A DNA stretch of 64,000 bases, from NCBI GenBank assembly GCA_046563655.1, contig CM102289.1:9238001-9302000 (forward strand), written 5' to 3'. The stretch is from Yuukianura sp. NJ FZ-2021. Taxonomy: Eukaryota. Of this stretch, positions 62,212 through 64,000 are shown in pieces. The notes below the pieces were generated by a model. That model had not been told where the DNA came from and ran no database searches. It saw only the letters and a list, made by a program, of their open reading frames with translations. The position numbers and the translations under genes are program-made. Position 1 is the stretch's first letter. Every line of letters starts with the position of its first letter.

Positions 62212-63679
62212 ATGGCGGCTGCTATTAAAGAAGGGCTGATCTGTGCCGAATGTCATCAAGAGTTCAACTCTGTGTCAATCTTGCTGTCTCATTTCCAAAA
62301 CAAGCATTTACAGGAAGACAATTCAATCAAAAGTAAAGCAGTATCCTCAAATTGTGAAACGCAAGGCTAACTCTGTCTTTGGTATTTTTAGGTTTGATTG
62401 ATAAAGCAAAACACAAATTGGTGAACAAGCAGCAGCAGGAAGAGGTGATTCGAACGACTCCGAAGTATTATGATGTCTATGACGATGTTTCACCGGGAGT
62501 AACTAGAAGTCACTTCCAAGATTTCAAAAGACTTCGATCGTCACAGGTGGAACATCTCTCTTCAGAAGGCAGCAAACTGCTCATACGTTTGCACAAACTT
62601 GTTAGCTTCGTTGGAGATGAAAACAAACGACGGGGTACTTCCACTACTGTTAATTTATCCTCGGTATACGCTTAGTATAACTACCAAATTCAAACCGTTT
62701 TTGTGTCATTTCAGGGTTTGAACAAAACATAGTACAATGGATGGAGGCGAAACATGTTTCTAGATGCCCCGATTGTACTGAATCTTTCAACCTGCTCGTA
62801 AGGAAACATCATTGTCGACTTTGGTAATTTCGATGACTTTTACATTCAACTCTGCCGTTTTTGTGTTTTTTATTACTTTTCTTTTCTTGTCAAGTGGTTC
62901 GATTCTCTGTGATAATTGTTCCTGTTTCATTAACGGCGACCTGGCAGCTAGTCTCACTTCACAAATCGGACCACATGAGTCCATTTCCAAAGAATTCCAA
63001 CTCCGAAGTTGTCGGTACTGTTTCGACTTAGTTAGGCTGAAAGGCACAACTTTTGACACCAACCCACCAATTACCCAGCTCTACGACAAACTGAAACAAC
63101 TAATGTCACAGTGCGAAGCACTCAACTCCGAGTATTCTTCGATGATCAATAGCGTTGCCCGTGGTGACAACCTTTATTCCATGGAACAAGTGACCACTCT
63201 CCGCAACGACCTTATCAAACATACAGAGAAGATTGACATGCTGAGTAAACGAATGGTCATAGTGGGGGCAGAGGGCGGTGAACAGTCATCAGCCATCAGT
63301 GATAGCGAAAATAGACTCAGGTCGAGGCTCAGAATGAGTACGATTAATTGGGTACGAGAATTCTTGAGTGGATTGAGCGCAGTGCCACAACAGAAAGAAA
63401 AACAGGAGGAACCGTTAGCGGATGGATGGGCGGCAAGTGTCGACTACAATTTCAAAATCAGTGACCAAGATGATGTAATCGCTGTACAAATTGAAAAAAC
63501 TAGGAAATGGATCGTGGAAGCAAAGTAAGAACAAGCGTCATTTTTCCCAAACTTGTGACATTCTGTGATCATTTTCAACACGTTTTATTTGGTACAGAAA
63601 AGCGAAACGGACAGATGAAGTTGAAATGCTGGAAGCCAGTTTAAAGCAACTGCTGCTGGAGTTTGAAAGGAAAAGTTAA
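62212..63679 (+). CDS. Rbsn-5: Rabenosyn-5 (ZFYVE20/RBSN), Rab5 effector with C2H2, FYVE and Rab-binding domains, ~394 aa, 5 exons
   Basis: Exons: 62212-62332 (EGLICAECHQEF...HFQNKH, C2H2), 62392-62634 (GVTRSHFQDFKRLR...KLLIRLHKL), 62715-62823 (EQNIVQW...RCPDCTESFNLLVRKHHCRLC, FYVE), 62895-63524, 63598-63679 (QIEKTRKWIVEAKKAKRTDEVEMLEASLKQL, Rab-binding hairpin). Total 1185 nt, in phase. Confidence 0.93.
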
Positions 63680-64000
63680 GCTTTGAAAGTGGATTTATTG
63701 TATTCACGCCTTACTTCCGTTTACGCTTTTAAACTTAAGATTTTTAATTGACTGATTACGACACTAACTAACAAGCAGCAGAAAATCTAAATTCCCAGTA
63801 AAGCCGTACGTTCAGAAACCATCGTTTTTATTCAGTATATATTTAGTAATTTATTGTTGCGTGGATAAAATACATTAAAATGTTATGCGAAGGCACTATA
63901 TATCCACAAAAAGTTTTGCATTGTCGTATTCAAAAATTCCTAAACAAAAAAAAATTCATGAAGAATTTTGAAAACAGTCTTTCCTTGAAAATAAATAAAA

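Overview
AT-rich eukaryotic, intron-containing DNA, most likely arthropod (a dpr4 orthologue is present). Five spliced genes were reconstructed by hand from GT/AG junctions and reading frame. (1) A complete 16-exon transglutaminase on the minus strand (127-7726), whose catalytic His is on a 15-nt micro-exon. (2) A dpr4-like two-Ig cell-adhesion gene on the plus strand (about 17110-55128; first exon inferred). (3, 4) Two inverted paralogues of an unusual ~855-aa receptor nested in dpr4 introns (29474-32318 + and 45824-48664 -). Each has a signal-peptide exon, a ~530-aa degenerate LRR-like ectodomain and a FMRFamide-receptor-like class A 7TM domain. By manual alignment the ectodomains are about 70% identical and the later 7TM exons >90%, with changes clustered in the LRR strand segments. 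(5) A compact rabenosyn-5 (62212-63679 +). Introns also hold several MITE families, short tandem repeats and a strongly recurrent TTCCCGC motif. The LRR-7TM receptor pair is the best candidate for an undescribed system. No database searches were possible; identities and counts are by eye.
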